A DNA stretch of 64,000 nt, from positions 2,460-66,459 of the IMG/VR virus record IMGVR_UViG_3300014039_000538, one strand, 5' to 3'. The notes under the pieces were generated by a model. That model was not told the origin of the DNA. It ran no database searches and saw only the letters and a list, made by a program, of their open reading frames with translations. Of this stretch, positions 63,210 to 64,000 are shown in pieces. A program made the translations under genes and the position numbers. Position 1 is the stretch's first letter. Each line of letters opens with the position of its first letter. This DNA comes from a virus (lineage: Duplodnaviria; Caudoviricetes).

Positions 63210-64000
63210 TGGTCGCCTCCTTCCATGCTTGTTAGAGTTTCCTCAATCTGCACAAGCCTGTCATTAAGGCGTTCAATCTGATTTTCAAGCCGTTTCTTTT
63301 CGCGTCGTAACTGGTCAGGGCTTTCCAAGTCATCGTCGACCGCTTTGGCTTTCTGCTTGGCGATTGCCTTTACTTGTTCAACGGTTTTGCCGTCGTTAGC
63401 CGCTCTCTGCGCTGCCGCCTTAATCATCATGTCTTTTGCGGAATTGATTGCCCTTGACATTTCATCGTTATTGTTAGATTCGGAGCGGCTATTTTTTGCA
63501 AGTTCTCGCGCCTTATTCCTTGTAATCTGTAAATCATGTTCAACAACGTCTTCTACACGTTCGCCGTTTTTCTCACATGATTCGGTCAGCTTCACAATAA
63601 TTGCACCAAGTTTTTTCTGCGCCTCAATGATTGATTTTTGTATTTCTTTTGCGGATTCAATAAGGGCGGTTGTTTCTTCACTGCGGTTGCGTGAATAAAG
63701 TCCCAATTCAATAGCCTTATCCAAAAGGTCATAGAATGTCGCCCAAAATATACCGGAATGGCACTTGGCGGATTTTACGCCTTTTTCAGTGCTTAAAATA
63801 TGATGGGTAAGTTCATGTACTGCGGTGTACATCAGCTCATTGTCTGTTGTAAAATTGCGGTTATGCAAAAATATCTCTTGCGTTCCCAGTTTATAAAATC
63901 CGTTTACACGATTAGACTTTTTTCCAGTTTGAATAACTGAAAAATCAGTCTTACACTCAAACAATTTTTGCAACTTAGCTTTAAGTTCTTCGTTAGTCAT
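63206..64000 (-). CDS. SprT-like HExxH protein with coiled-coil C-terminus
   Basis: AVHELTHH...HSGIFW; start codon is at the window edge. Confidence 0.55.
   Translation of the reverse strand: MTNEELKAKLQKLFECKTDFSVIQTGKKSNRVNGFYKLGTQEIFLHNRNFTTDNELMYTAVHELTHHILSTEKGVKSAKCHSGIFWATFYDLLDKAIELGLYSRNRSEETTALIESAKEIQKSIIEAQKKLGAIIVKLTESCEKNGERVEDVVEHDLQITRNKARELAKNSRSESNNNDEMSRAINSAKDMMIKAAAQRAANDGKTVEQVKAIAKQKAKAVDDDLESPDQLRREKKRLENQIERLNDRLVQIEETLTSMEGGDH

Noticed and set aside
1293-63698. Most plus-strand ORFs in the track
   Set aside because: Antisense shadows of clear minus-strand genes without RBS or motifs; only 30934-31149 accepted, 21134-21331 left open.
1-64000. Integrase, att sites, tRNAs, alternative genetic code, introns or inteins
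   Set aside because: None recognised; core genes are intact under the standard code. Prophage versus free phage cannot be decided from this window.

Overview
The whole window is part of a tailed, contractile-tail (myovirus) phage or prophage genome; no host genes, integrase or att site are visible. Almost all genes are on the minus strand. In transcription order (right to left): recombination/replication (YqaJ-type exonuclease, DEDDh exonuclease, RecT, initiator, DnaC-like loader, SSB), a fragmented C5 DNA methyltransferase locus, small accessory genes, terminase, portal, a cluster of large multi-domain 'polyvalent' head-region proteins interrupted by an accessory island, prohead protease, A511/K-like major capsid, neck, sheath, tube, tape measure, baseplate and tail fibre, then a complete diversity-generating retroelement (avd-TR-RT). 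Main points of interest: (1) the DGR template matches two variable repeats, one in the adjacent tail fibre and one 50.6 kb away in a non-structural gene, and both carry the same two-hairpin signature; (2) the methyltransferase is split into five ORF segments, each offset +1 from the previous, with a (CTCTGCT)10 repeat that can select among three frames plus G7/G9 tracts, directly upstream of the remote DGR target; (3) three late operons start with the same sigma70 promoter - TTTGCACT-N5/6-AAGGCAG box - hairpin - U-tract leader, suggesting a phage antitermination or sRNA system; (4) head-region cargo proteins share hydrophobic-x-K/S(A) motifs like the capsid maturation site, and two share an N-terminal module; (5) a RelA/SpoT-like synthetase domain lies about 2 kb from a Mesh1-like hydrolase. 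No database searches were run: family names come from recognising motifs by eye. The host is not determined.
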